Assembly (NCBI GenBank): GCA_043807015.1
Contig: JAZDGJ010000043.1
Coordinates: forward strand, 1 to 48,377
Source of the DNA: Candidatus Woesearchaeota archaeon
Lineage (GTDB): Archaea > Nanobdellota > Nanobdellia > Woesearchaeales > UBA10216
DNA length: 48,377 nt
Direction of reading: 5' to 3'
This document shows positions 19,167-29,262 of the stretch, piece by piece. The stretch's first letter is position 1. Each line of letters begins with the position of its first letter. The notes under the pieces were generated by a model that made no database searches, was not told the origin of the DNA, and was given only the letters and a program-made list of their open reading frames with translations. The translations under genes were made by a program, and so were the position numbers.

Positions 19167-20580
19167 TAACTTTCCTGAGGAGGGTTAGCTCTTCTCTTCC
19201 TATTGCCCTGAGCAGCAAAAGCGATGCAAGGTATGCGGCTGCGCCTAATGCTATAAGAGTAAAAAGGCTGAAGTCTGAAAGCCCCAGAATAACAGCCGAC
19301 ATGACCAATGAAGCAATCAGCGGCTTCAGAAGAAGCTTGAAGACATTTATGGCATAGCCGTTTTTCGAGCTGTAGTATAGCAGCACTGCGAATCCAACCG
19401 CCTGCGTCAGGATGGTTGCTGCTGCAACACCTATGTGCTGGTATTTTGGTATCAGAATCAGGTTAAGCGCTATGTTTATCGCCAGGTATATTGCCGTCGC
19501 CCTTGCAAAAAGCTTCTGCTTGTCCACTGCATTAAGCAGGTAGCCAATCAGGTAATTGAAGAATACGAAGACCTCTGACCATATCAGCAGCTGAAGAGCC
19601 ATGACGGCAGGGCTGTATTCTGGAGTGTAAAGGAAGCCGATTATTTTTCCGGCAAGAATGGTAGTGGCAAAAGCAATCGGCAGCGCGACCATTGCAAGAT
19701 AGTAGAATACCTTCTTGTAAAGCAGGGCAAGAAAATTCTTTGCTTCAAGGTGAAACCTTGACATTGCCGGAAACACTGCAGTTACCAGTATCAGTGGGAT
19801 GAATGAGAGAGAATCCACAAGCCCATAGGCAGAATTGTACCAGCCTACAGGGTCGTTGCTTTTAACCATTACCTTCAGCATTATTATGCCGATTCGGTAG
19901 TATATTGCCATGAACAGCACTGAGAGGAGGAAAGCCCAAGATTTCTTAAGCAGCTGAAGCCATTTTTTAAAATCAAGGGTAACGGAAAAATGCGTGAACC
20001 TGTTCCACACAATCAGGGCGCTCGCGGCAAAGTTGAGCCCGTAGGAAACTACAAACACCCAGAGCACTGCAAGCAGCCCATGCCCTGTAAGCAGGAGGTA
20101 TATGCCAAGCCCTGTAGCTATAACCCTTTCAAAAATGTTCATAAGAGCGTAATAATGGTGCCTTTCAAAGGCAAGGAAAATGTTCCTGAACGGCTCTGTT
20201 ATGCTATTGAAAAAGCTCGCAAGCATCACTATAGACACCGCAACTGCCATTTCAGGCAAGGCAAAGTTTGAGAAAACAAGAACTACAACGATAGCAAATG
20301 CCAGCGTTGCGAATAGCTTAATTGAGAAAGTGGTGCTTAAGTACTCATAAGCCTTCTTTTTGTCCTTTGCAATTTCCTTGATAGTGAGAGTCGCGAGCCC
20401 CATGTCAGAGAATATCAGGAAGATGCTGGCAATCGCAAACGCAAAAGAGTATATCCCGAAATCCGACACCCCGAGCTTCCTTGCAAGGATTACGAAGAAA
20501 ACCATTGAAAGCGCCCTTGAGATTATTTCGCCGGCAAAGAGAAATCCCGTATTCCTTGTTATTGTCTCCGCATCTCCCAT
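19156..20580 (-). CDS. Oligosaccharide flippase (Wzx/MOP family)
   Basis: ARKLGVSDFGIYS, SDMGL, VGWYNSAY, NLILIPKYQHIGVAAAT. Confidence 0.9.
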   Translation of the reverse strand: MGDAETITRNTGFLFAGEIISRALSMVFFVILARKLGVSDFGIYSFAFAIASIFLIFSDMGLATLTIKEIAKDKKKAYEYLSTTFSIKLFATLAFAIVVVLVFSNFALPEMAVAVSIVMLASFFNSITEPFRNIFLAFERHHYYALMNIFERVIATGLGIYLLLTGHGLLAVLWVFVVSYGLNFAASALIVWNRFTHFSVTLDFKKWLQLLKKSWAFLLSVLFMAIYYRIGIIMLKVMVKSNDPVGWYNSAYGLVDSLSFIPLILVTAVFPAMSRFHLEAKNFLALLYKKVFYYLAMVALPIAFATTILAGKIIGFLYTPEYSPAVMALQLLIWSEVFVFFNYLIGYLLNAVDKQKLFARATAIYLAINIALNLILIPKYQHIGVAAATILTQAVGFAVLLYYSSKNGYAINVFKLLLKPLIASLVMSAVILGLSDFSLFTLIALGAAAYLASLLLLRAIGREELTLLRKVIRL

Positions 20581-20602
20581 GCCTCACAATCATTGCAATA
20601 AC

Positions 20603-20614
20603 TTTTTAAATTTA
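20603..20614. promoter_or_regulatory. Bidirectional TATA box
   Basis: TTTAAA at 20605-20610 sits centrally between ATG 20580(-) and ATG 20634(+). Confidence 0.6.
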
Positions 20615-20633
20615 TTCTTATTCTCAGGGAAGA

Positions 20634-22115
20634 ATGGGTTTTAGGGCAAATTACGGCAGGCTTTCTGCGATAGTAATCATTTTCGCAGCCATTCTCAGGT
20701 TTGCCCTGGCATCTGTCTCGCATGCTTCAGGCGACAGCTGCTGGCACCTCGCTGCCGCAAGGTTCATTGCCCAGAACATGCAGATTCCCCTTTTGCAGCC
20801 TTTTGGCAGTGGAAGAGAAGTTTTCTGGGCGCCTCCCTTGTTTCATATTGTGGCAGCCGGCTTCTACAAGCTCTTTTACCAATTCGGCGCAATATGGGGG
20901 CCAACCCTTTCTGACTTCTCAATGAAGATGGTCTCGCCTTTGTTTGGCTCAATGACCCTGATTTTTGTCTACCTTATAGCGAAGAAGCTTTTTGACAGGA
21001 AAATTGCATTCTACTCTGTTTTGTTCATGGCTTTCGTGCCTTTGCACATTTACCAGAGCTCAATCTCCTATGTTGATTCTTTCACTGCGTTCTTTGTGGT
21101 TGCCAGCGTCTATTTCCTGCTGCAGAAGCGCCTCATTGTATCTGCAGTGTTCTTCGGGCTTTCCCTCATTGCAAAGCAGACCGCGCTCTTCACGCTGCCG
21201 CTGATGTTTTACATAGTCTATCGGCAGTATAAAGGAAAAGTTGCGCTGAAGTCAGCCGTTTTTGCCGGTGTAACAGCTTTGGTCGGCTGCTGGTGGTTCA
21301 TCAGGAACCAGGTTTTGCTGGGAAACGCTTTCTGGCCGTTCTTCTACAAGTTCTTTGGCGGAAAAATAGCGCCATATGCATCTGAGACCGGCTTTAATAT
21401 ATTCAACATCCTTCACCCGCTCGTTTACCTGCAGGGATACCTGGAATTTTTCGGCGTTCCGCTGGGAAGCTACGCCATAATTTCAGGCTTTTCAATCCCT
21501 TTCAAGCCAATCCTTCTTTCAGGCTGGCTCATTGCAACAATGCTGTTCATTGCTCCTCTCTTCATAGGCATTGCTGTCCTGAAGCTGAAGAGCCCTGCAA
21601 AAATTCTTTATCTCTGGATTCTGCTGAATGTTGCCGGCGTGCTTATCTATGTCATGAGCCTGGACACATTTTATTCAAGGTTCATGCTGCCAGCATTCCC
21701 TGCCTTTGCCATGCTCTGGGCAGTCGGGTTTGACAGGCTTCTAACTTCAAGGATAAAAAAAGTTGCAATTCTCCTTTTTGTTGCGGTTGCTTTTGTTTTT
21801 GTCTCGGCAGAGTTCGGCAAAGATGTTATTGCTGCAAGGCAGTGGCAATCCTACAGCGATGACTTCAGCTGGATAAGAGCGAACCTTGAGCCAGACGCGT
21901 TTTTCTATTACGGAGGCCAGTGCCTCAGCTACAACATAAACAGGCTTTCAGACTTCAGCCTTGACAAGCCCGAAGCGTATATCTGGATTAATCCAAACTT
22001 CGCCCTTGAGCCAGTTGCGCAGATAAACACCACCATACTGAAGGAGTTCTCAAACTACACTCTTTCATACAATAATCCAACTACAGGCACAGAAGTCTAT
22101 CTTGTAAAGCAATAA
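20634..22115 (+). CDS. GT-C fold (ArnT/PMT-like) glycosyltransferase
   Basis: GDSCWH..WAPPLFH, YVD, GLSLIAKQT, WWFIRN...GN, RFMLP. Confidence 0.82.
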   Translation: MGFRANYGRLSAIVIIFAAILRFALASVSHASGDSCWHLAAARFIAQNMQIPLLQPFGSGREVFWAPPLFHIVAAGFYKLFYQFGAIWGPTLSDFSMKMVSPLFGSMTLIFVYLIAKKLFDRKIAFYSVLFMAFVPLHIYQSSISYVDSFTAFFVVASVYFLLQKRLIVSAVFFGLSLIAKQTALFTLPLMFYIVYRQYKGKVALKSAVFAGVTALVGCWWFIRNQVLLGNAFWPFFYKFFGGKIAPYASETGFNIFNILHPLVYLQGYLEFFGVPLGSYAIISGFSIPFKPILLSGWLIATMLFIAPLFIGIAVLKLKSPAKILYLWILLNVAGVLIYVMSLDTFYSRFMLPAFPAFAMLWAVGFDRLLTSRIKKVAILLFVAVAFVFVSAEFGKDVIAARQWQSYSDDFSWIRANLEPDAFFYYGGQCLSYNINRLSDFSLDKPEAYIWINPNFALEPVAQINTTILKEFSNYTLSYNNPTTGTEVYLVKQ

Positions 22116-22147
22116 ATTTTAAAAGCAGCAGCCTTAACTCAGAGCCT

Positions 22148-23269
22148 ATGGCAGCTTACAAGGTTCTTGTTACTGGAGGAGCGGGATTTATTGGCTCATT
22201 CATAGTAGACGAGCTTGTTAAGAAAGGGCATCAGGTGGAAGTCTTTGACAATCTGACTGAGCAGGTTCACCAGGGAAAGATGCCCTCTTATCTCAATCCT
22301 TCTGCCAAATTCATAAAGGGGGATGTAAATGACTACGAGGCTTTCAAAAATGCAGTTCTGGATTCTGACATTGTTTTCCATGAGGCTTCTGCTGTTGGCG
22401 TCGGGCAGAGCATGTATGAGATTCGCCATTATGTGCAGGACAATGTAATGGGCACAGCCAACCTTATGCATATTGTCGCAAATGAGCCCCATCACCTCAA
22501 AAAAATCCTTGTCGCTTCCTCAATGAGCAGCTACGGCGAAGGCGCTTACCACTGCGGAAAATGCGGAACAGTCTATCCGCCTTTAAGGGCGGAGCAGCAG
22601 ATGTCTCATGCAGAGTGGGAGCCCATATGCAGCAAGTGCAATTCTGTACTGAAGCCTATTCCCACTTCTGAGGATAAGCCCCTCAACCAGAATAGCATTT
22701 ATGCGATAACAAAGTCAACACAGGAGCAGATGGTGCTCACAGTTGGAAAGGCATACGGCGTTCCATCTGTAGCACTGCGTTACTTTAATGTCTACGGTCC
22801 AAGGCAGTCGCTATCCAATCCCTACACGGGCGTAGCTGCCATATTCATGAGCAGAATCAAGAATGATAACCCGCCAATAATCTTTGAAGACGGCATGCAA
22901 ACAAGGGATTTCGTCTCAGTCCATGACACGGCAAGGGCTAACATCCTGGCTATGGAGTCAAAAAATGCTGACTACGAGGCTTTTAATGTCGGCTCAGGCA
23001 AGCCCACCACAATAAAAGGGGTTGCTGAGGTGCTTGCAAAGCTCTACGGCAAGGGCATAAAGCCAATGGTGAATGGAAAATTCAGGAAAGGCGACGTAAG
23101 GCACTGCTACGCTGACCTTTCAAAGATAAGGTCAAGGCTGGGCTTTGAGCCAAAGGTTTCTTTTGAAGAAGGAATGAGGGAGCTCGCTGAGTGGTCTGAA
23201 AAGGAGAAGGCTGTTGACATGGTTGAGAAGGCAAACAGCGAGCTGAAGCAGAAGGGTCTGGTGAAATGA
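22148..23269 (+). CDS. NAD-dependent nucleotide-sugar epimerase/dehydratase with CxxC..CxxC insertion
   Basis: TGGAGFIG, YAITK, LRYFNVYGPRQ; CGKC and CSKC. Confidence 0.9.
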   Translation: MAAYKVLVTGGAGFIGSFIVDELVKKGHQVEVFDNLTEQVHQGKMPSYLNPSAKFIKGDVNDYEAFKNAVLDSDIVFHEASAVGVGQSMYEIRHYVQDNVMGTANLMHIVANEPHHLKKILVASSMSSYGEGAYHCGKCGTVYPPLRAEQQMSHAEWEPICSKCNSVLKPIPTSEDKPLNQNSIYAITKSTQEQMVLTVGKAYGVPSVALRYFNVYGPRQSLSNPYTGVAAIFMSRIKNDNPPIIFEDGMQTRDFVSVHDTARANILAMESKNADYEAFNVGSGKPTTIKGVAEVLAKLYGKGIKPMVNGKFRKGDVRHCYADLSKIRSRLGFEPKVSFEEGMRELAEWSEKEKAVDMVEKANSELKQKGLVK

Positions 23270-23312
23270 GTTCTAAGTAATATTTTTATATTATGGCGTG
23301 TTTCACCCACCC

Positions 23313-24140
23313 ATGGGTAAATTAGGTTTTTTTCTGATAAATCTGCGTTATGGGATTAAGCATGCTTTTGACTGGGTGGAATATGCAAGGTATCTTGAGT
23401 ACCCGCTTGTTTTTGAAAAGCTCGGGCTTGCAAATGCAGGCTCAAGCTGCAAGTTCCTTGATGTCGGGAGCGGCCGCTTCGGAAAATTCGCCCTGTATGT
23501 TGCGCTGCACACTAAATGCGCAATTCATTCCACCGATGTTGGTGACTATGTCTTCCAGCAGAAAAATGCATTCAGGCGCTTCGGGCTTGGCTCTGCTCTG
23601 GGCAGCTGCATCATGATTGAGCAGCAGGATGCAACAAGGATGAGCTTTGCTTCGGCGCAGTTTGACAGGATATCGTGCATTTCAGTGGTTGAGCACATAG
23701 TCGGCGATGGGGATATAAAAGCAGTGAAGGAGATGGCAAGGGTTTTGAAAAAAGGGGGAAGGCTTGTCATAACTGTTCCCTATAATCCTCTCAAAACAGG
23801 CGAGGAGTCCTACGTTTTCGCAGACAAGCTTTACGAGAGGACCTCCAGGAGCGGAAGGATATTCCTGGCAAAAACCTATGATGACGATACGCTTACGGGC
23901 AGGATAATAAAGCCCTCAGGCCTTTCTGTCAAGAGCATAACCTATTTTGGCGAGCCCGGCTTTCCATGGTCAAGGCTGATTTATGACAACAATTCCTACC
24001 TGGTCAAGCTTCTTACCAAGCCTCTTGGCATTCTCACGCCTTTGTTTACCTTCTTTTTCTTCAGGGAAATGCCGAAAAGCAAGTTTCACAATAATGACTG
24101 GCAAGGTGTAGGCGCCTGCATTGTGCTTGAAAAGCGCTAG
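23313..24140 (+). CDS. Class I SAM-dependent methyltransferase
   Basis: LDVGSG, FDRISCISVVEHI, RVLKKGG. Confidence 0.88.
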   Translation: MGKLGFFLINLRYGIKHAFDWVEYARYLEYPLVFEKLGLANAGSSCKFLDVGSGRFGKFALYVALHTKCAIHSTDVGDYVFQQKNAFRRFGLGSALGSCIMIEQQDATRMSFASAQFDRISCISVVEHIVGDGDIKAVKEMARVLKKGGRLVITVPYNPLKTGEESYVFADKLYERTSRSGRIFLAKTYDDDTLTGRIIKPSGLSVKSITYFGEPGFPWSRLIYDNNSYLVKLLTKPLGILTPLFTFFFFREMPKSKFHNNDWQGVGACIVLEKR

Positions 24141-25270
24141 AAAATATTCTCGTAAACTTCTATTGTCTTTTTTGCGCTTTCCTTCCAGCTGAAGCGCTCT
24201 GAATTCTTCAGTCCTTTCCTTGCAAGCTCTTTCGCAGTCCTGCTGTTTTCAAGGATTTCCATGATTGCGCTGCTGTAGCCTTCGGCATCATAGACATCCA
24301 CGATTTTTCCGGCATCTGCCACAACTTCTGCCAAAGAGCCTCCATTGCTTGCCACAACAGGGCAGCCGCATCTCATGGCTTCTGCGGCAGGCATGCCAAA
24401 GCCTTCATACACAGAGGGGAAAACGAATGCATCTGCCGCATTGTATAGCATCACCAGGTCATCTGAGAAATAAGCGTTTTTCACCTGCCCGAGCTCAACA
24501 ACATCTTTTCCCAGGCTAAGTTTTTTTATCACTGCAGGAATTGCCTCATAGCCATACCCCCTTTTTCCTGCGAGCACAAGCTTGTGCCTGATTCCCTTCT
24601 GCTTCAGGATGCTGTATGCCCTTAGCAGCGTTGGTATGTTCTTCTTTGCCTCAAGCGCTCCAACATAAAGTATGTATGGTTCTTTTATACCGAACCTTCT
24701 TGCAACGTTTTCCTTGGCAATTTTTCTGCTTATAATCCTGAATCTTTCGTTTGGCGCAAGATAGGTTACTGTTATTTTCTCGGGCTTTATCCCGAAGCGG
24801 CGCATTATGTCTTTTTTTGAGTTTTCGCTGCAGGTGATTATGTGGTCTGAATTTCCAACTGCCTTTGGAAGCAGGAACTTGAATGCAATCCTGACAGGCA
24901 GTTCATGAAGCTCGGGATGCAAAAGGGGTATTATGTCGAGGACTGACTGGATGTTCTTTTTGCCTGGAAGAATCTGCCTGAAAACAAACGGCCCGATGCT
25001 GCTTGTGTGGTGCACGATGTCAAATTTCTGCTTTCTGAGCTTCAATGGCAGAGTTATGAAATTTCTTATGATGGACAGCGGAAACTTTCCGGAGGGGATT
25101 ATCTCCTCATGAGCCATTGAGTATATGTCGTGCTTCTCTCTCCGCCTGTGCACGAGCCAGTATTCATTTTTTTTGTCCTGCAGGAGTATCTGCTTCGTTA
25201 TGTTGAGCGTGTATGTTCCGAGCCCCACAAGCGGGGTGTCTGTTTCGTCTGTTATGATTCCTATTTTCAT
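24137..25270 (-). CDS. GT4 glycosyltransferase (MtfB/WbdA-like)
   Basis: YVGALEAKKN, FPSVYEGFGMPAAEAMRCG, FSW. Confidence 0.92.
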   Translation of the reverse strand: MKIGIITDETDTPLVGLGTYTLNITKQILLQDKKNEYWLVHRRREKHDIYSMAHEEIIPSGKFPLSIIRNFITLPLKLRKQKFDIVHHTSSIGPFVFRQILPGKKNIQSVLDIIPLLHPELHELPVRIAFKFLLPKAVGNSDHIITCSENSKKDIMRRFGIKPEKITVTYLAPNERFRIISRKIAKENVARRFGIKEPYILYVGALEAKKNIPTLLRAYSILKQKGIRHKLVLAGKRGYGYEAIPAVIKKLSLGKDVVELGQVKNAYFSDDLVMLYNAADAFVFPSVYEGFGMPAAEAMRCGCPVVASNGGSLAEVVADAGKIVDVYDAEGYSSAIMEILENSRTAKELARKGLKNSERFSWKESAKKTIEVYENIF

Positions 25271-25399
25271 CTGGCTTTTGAAGCGAGGCGGCTTTTTAAA
25301 TGTTTTCTGCATGAAGTGCTGAAGACAGGGCGCCTGAAAATTTTATTGAAGCCAAAATCATGGAAAATTATTAAAAGAGGCATTTTTTCTTCAGCAGTC

Positions 25400-26539
25400 A
25401 TGAGTCCTAAAAAGTTCATCATGCTTGTTAACTGCTATCCCCATCCCTTTCATGTAAAAAAAGAGGAAGACTACTTTCTGATACCCTGCTCTGTAATGAG
25501 CAAGAAGGGGTTTGGGTGCGAGTACGTGACTTTAAGAGCTCAGGGCAGCAGGACAATAGAGACCAAGTTTGCCAAGGATTCTGCTTACGAAGAATATTAC
25601 GAGGGCTTCAAGATAAGGCGTTTTGACAAGACAACCCAGCTTCTCAGCTACATCAGGAAAGAAAGGGCGATTCTCCAGAGCAACCTGAGGCCGTGGCTTC
25701 CTTCAACGCTTTCAGCTTTCCTTCCAAACACAAAGGTGATGCGCTCCTTCACTTATTTCATGGGCTCAAACATGCCCATAGCGTTTTTCTCAGCTTTTGC
25801 ATTCAGGTTTTTTGATAGGATACTTGCGGTTACGCCATACGAAATGGATGTTTACAGAAAGTACAAATTGCCTGAAAAAAAATTGCGCTTAATACCTTTT
25901 GCAATAGACTATTCTTTCTTCAGCAAAAAAGTTCCGGCAGACGACTTTAAGGAAAAGTTCGGAATAAAGGAGCAGGACAAGCTCATAGTTGCAGCTGCCA
26001 ACGTCCGGAAGCTAAAGCGTTTTGATGTCCTGATAAAGGCACTGCCCCTTGTGAAGGAGGAAATACCGTCTGCAAAGGCAGTCATAGTTGGAGCTGACTT
26101 GCTCCACGCCCAGGGGCTTCCATCAATTAAGGAGCTCGCTGAAAAATATGGGGTTTCTGGCTCAGTGGTGCTTGCCGGCCACAATGATGCAGAAGGCGTC
26201 AGGAAATTCTACTCAATGAGCCACGTTTTTTGCCATCCTGCAGCTGACGAATACCAGGGGCTCGTAAGCTATGAGGCAGCAGCAATGGGGCTGCCGCTCT
26301 GCCTCTCAACCATCGGCTCCCACACATCTGTATACAAGGAGCATGCATTATACCATGATGTCGGCGACTATGAAAAGCTTGCAAAGGACATAATTTACTC
26401 GATAAAGCACCGCGATGAGAGGGAGGAGCACATCAGGTTCCTGAAGGAGCACATGAAGGAATGGGATGAGAAGCTGATTTTCAAGAAGACATCTGATTTC
26501 TATGATGAGCTTATTGAGTCAAAAAAGCTCAAGTTTTAA
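25400..26539 (+). CDS. GT4 glycosyltransferase
   Basis: ANVRKLKRFD, EYQGLVSYEAAAMG; ATG 25400 with TATA at about 25370. Confidence 0.85.
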   Translation: MSPKKFIMLVNCYPHPFHVKKEEDYFLIPCSVMSKKGFGCEYVTLRAQGSRTIETKFAKDSAYEEYYEGFKIRRFDKTTQLLSYIRKERAILQSNLRPWLPSTLSAFLPNTKVMRSFTYFMGSNMPIAFFSAFAFRFFDRILAVTPYEMDVYRKYKLPEKKLRLIPFAIDYSFFSKKVPADDFKEKFGIKEQDKLIVAAANVRKLKRFDVLIKALPLVKEEIPSAKAVIVGADLLHAQGLPSIKELAEKYGVSGSVVLAGHNDAEGVRKFYSMSHVFCHPAADEYQGLVSYEAAAMGLPLCLSTIGSHTSVYKEHALYHDVGDYEKLAKDIIYSIKHRDEREEHIRFLKEHMKEWDEKLIFKKTSDFYDELIESKKLKF

Positions 26540-27561
26540 TTTTTAAGGATTTTCTTGTAAAGCTCGAAATGCTTTCTTCCGACAGCACCCCAGTTCGCAT
26601 CTTTCTGGTATCTCCTGATGCCCTGCTGGAATTTCCCATAGCTTGCTGAAACTTTTTTGACTGCTTCAGCCATGGCTTTTGGATTTTTTGGATGCACCAC
26701 TATGCCTGTGCCGTATTTCTCAACTATCTCCCATATGCCGCCTGTCTTTGTAATAACAACCGGCTGGCCAAATGACATTGCATCATGAAGCGGCCCTGAC
26801 TGGTATGGCGCCCAGACATAGGGCAGTGCCACAATATCTGCCTCATTATAATACCTGCTCTTTGTATCTTCCGGCACCCACCTGAGGTCAATGGAAATGT
26901 TACTGCGGCCTTTTGCTGCTTCCCTTACACTTTTTTCATACTGGGCAGAGGTTGGCTTTCCTGCAACCAGCAGCTTATATTCAGAGAGGTAATCCATTGC
27001 TCTCATCAGGTATTCAATTCCCTTTCCAGGGCTTACAAACCCGAAGCAAATTATTTTTTTGTCCTTCCGCTTTCTCAGCTTGCGCTGTATAAGTCCCATG
27101 TTGATGTTGAAATTTTTCCTGTTATGCCTTCCAAGGTATTCTGCCTGTTTTGGAGTGTGGGCAATAACTGCTGCAGCCCTTGTTGCAATCATTTTCTGCA
27201 GCCACCTCAGCACAATCTCCCTCAGCCCCTTGCCCTCATCGGTGTGCACTTCCGCAAAAGTAATCACCACAGGTATTTTTTGCTTCATAGCCAGGACAAG
27301 GCTCATGTTTAAGGTGTATTTTCCAAAATACTGCCCTGCAGGAACGTACTGGACATGCAGAAGGTCGAGCTTTTCCTTTTCTGCTATCTCTGCCAGCTTT
27401 TTCCCAAGGTTTAGCGCTCTCAAATTGACTTTATAGTCGGCATCAGACCACAAATCCCCAATCCTGACAACCTTGCATGGAATCTTCTCGCACAGCCGTT
27501 CAGCGTAGATTGCGCCGCCGTCCTTCTCAGGCAGAAACTTGCTCACGTAGCCGATTTTCAT
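26536..27561 (-). CDS. GT4 glycosyltransferase
   Basis: FGFVSPGKG, LPY...QSG....AMSFGQPVV. Confidence 0.88.
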   Translation of the reverse strand: MKIGYVSKFLPEKDGGAIYAERLCEKIPCKVVRIGDLWSDADYKVNLRALNLGKKLAEIAEKEKLDLLHVQYVPAGQYFGKYTLNMSLVLAMKQKIPVVITFAEVHTDEGKGLREIVLRWLQKMIATRAAAVIAHTPKQAEYLGRHNRKNFNINMGLIQRKLRKRKDKKIICFGFVSPGKGIEYLMRAMDYLSEYKLLVAGKPTSAQYEKSVREAAKGRSNISIDLRWVPEDTKSRYYNEADIVALPYVWAPYQSGPLHDAMSFGQPVVITKTGGIWEIVEKYGTGIVVHPKNPKAMAEAVKKVSASYGKFQQGIRRYQKDANWGAVGRKHFELYKKILKN

Positions 27562-27654
27562 TCTGTTTCCGAGGCGTTAAAGAATTTATATACTTTTGCA
27601 TGGAGCCATGAAAAAATATATAAACCGCCCGAATTTCGGCAGGAGTGATTGATT

Positions 27655-29262
27655 ATGATTAAATGCCATATGTGCAGAAGCTCTAACCTGTATAAGTTTC
27701 TTGACCTTGGCTCCCAGCCCCATTCAGACGGCTTCCTGACTAAGGAAGACCTTTCAAATCCAGAGCCGTTCTATCCTCTTGATGTCTACATATGCAGGGA
27801 TTGCGGGCTTGTCCAGCTCGGCACAATAGTCTCTGGAAGAGTGATGTACAACGAGAAGTACTTTTATGAGCAGTCAACCACAGACACTGGAAAGTGCCAC
27901 TACTTCAGCATGAGCAAGATGGTTTGCGAGAGGTTTGCACTTCCAAAGAGCTCCCTTGTGGTTGACATAGGCAGCAATGTGGGCGTTCTTTTGTCTGGCT
28001 TCAAGGCGCAGGGCATGAGCATCCTCGGGGTAGACCCGGCGCCACTTATAGCCAAAAAGGCAAACGAGCTTGGGATTGAGACGATTGCGGATTTTTTCAA
28101 CCCAGAAGTTGCCCGCAAGATAGTTGGCATGAAGGGAAAAGCAAAAGTTGTCACAGGAACCAATATTTTCGCGCATCTTCCAGACCTTCATGAAACAATG
28201 GACTCCTTGAAAATACTGCTTGATGAGGATGGCATGTTTATAATTGAGGTTCCTTATTTGGTTGACCTTATCAAGAATGTGGAGTACGATACGATTTATC
28301 ATCAGCATCTTAGGTATATTTCAGTGAAGCCCCTTGTGCCCTTCTTTGCAGGGCATGGCTTTGAGATTTTTGACATTGAAAAACTGCCAATACATGGCGG
28401 CTCACTGCGCATATCCGTAAGCCGCAAAGGCAAGCGCAAAATCTCGCCGCATGCCCAGGAGTTCCTTGACCTTGAGAAAAAAGAAAATATCTACTCGCTA
28501 GAAGTTCTGCAAGATTTTGCCAAAAAAGTTGCAGAGCAGCGCAGGCTACTAATGGAGCTTCTGCTGAAGCTGAAAGCAGAGGGCAAGAGGATAGTTGCAG
28601 TAAGTACGCCTGCCAAAGGCAACACTTTGCTGAACTACTGCGGCATTGGCGCAGATATACTTGACTACGCAACAGAAAAAGCCAAGATTAAGATAGGGCT
28701 GTACACGCCAGGAACCCACATACCTATTTTTCCCGATGCTAGGCTGCTTGAAGACATGCCTGACTACGCGCTGCTGCTTGCCTGGAACTTTGCAGAAGAG
28801 ATAATGCGAAACAACCAGGAATACTTGAAGCGCGGGGGAAAGTTCATAATACCAATACCAAAACCAAGGGTGGTGACTGAAATGGAAGAAATGAAAATTG
28901 AAAACAGAAGCCCTGCTGCATCTGATAAAAGGGGCACAATAATTGACATAATGAGCGGCGAGATCCACCATGTCTCAATCATCACTTTTACAAAGGGCTC
29001 GGTGAGGGCGAACCATTACCATAAGAACCAGACGCAGTATACCTATGTGATTAGGGGCGAGATAGAGCTCAAGATGAAGGATTTGCGCGAAAAAAATCCT
29101 AAGGTTACAACAACTGTAATGCCGGAAAGAAGCTTTGTGGCTATTCCGCCAATGGTAATTCACAAGCTGACTGCATTGAAGGATTCTGAAATCCTTGCCC
29201 TTACAACCGAAGAAAGGACAAGCGAAAAATACGAAGAAGACACATACCGCATAGAGATATGA
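27655..29262 (+). CDS. NDP-sugar C-methyltransferase (Zn-binding) fused to a C-terminal cupin domain
   Basis: CHMC/CRDC, DIGSNVG, YDTIYHQH, HGGS, AKGNTLLN, LLAWN, GGKFIIPIP; then DKRG..RANHYH..IPPMVIH. Confidence 0.88.
   Translation: MIKCHMCRSSNLYKFLDLGSQPHSDGFLTKEDLSNPEPFYPLDVYICRDCGLVQLGTIVSGRVMYNEKYFYEQSTTDTGKCHYFSMSKMVCERFALPKSSLVVDIGSNVGVLLSGFKAQGMSILGVDPAPLIAKKANELGIETIADFFNPEVARKIVGMKGKAKVVTGTNIFAHLPDLHETMDSLKILLDEDGMFIIEVPYLVDLIKNVEYDTIYHQHLRYISVKPLVPFFAGHGFEIFDIEKLPIHGGSLRISVSRKGKRKISPHAQEFLDLEKKENIYSLEVLQDFAKKVAEQRRLLMELLLKLKAEGKRIVAVSTPAKGNTLLNYCGIGADILDYATEKAKIKIGLYTPGTHIPIFPDARLLEDMPDYALLLAWNFAEEIMRNNQEYLKRGGKFIIPIPKPRVVTEMEEMKIENRSPAASDKRGTIIDIMSGEIHHVSIITFTKGSVRANHYHKNQTQYTYVIRGEIELKMKDLREKNPKVTTTVMPERSFVAIPPMVIHKLTALKDSEILALTTEERTSEKYEEDTYRIEI

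Noticed and set aside
25317-25396. 9-bp inverted repeat TGCTGAAGA/TCTTCAGCA in a divergent promoter gap
   Set aside because: A single short pair with a 62-nt spacer and no supporting structure; compatible with chance
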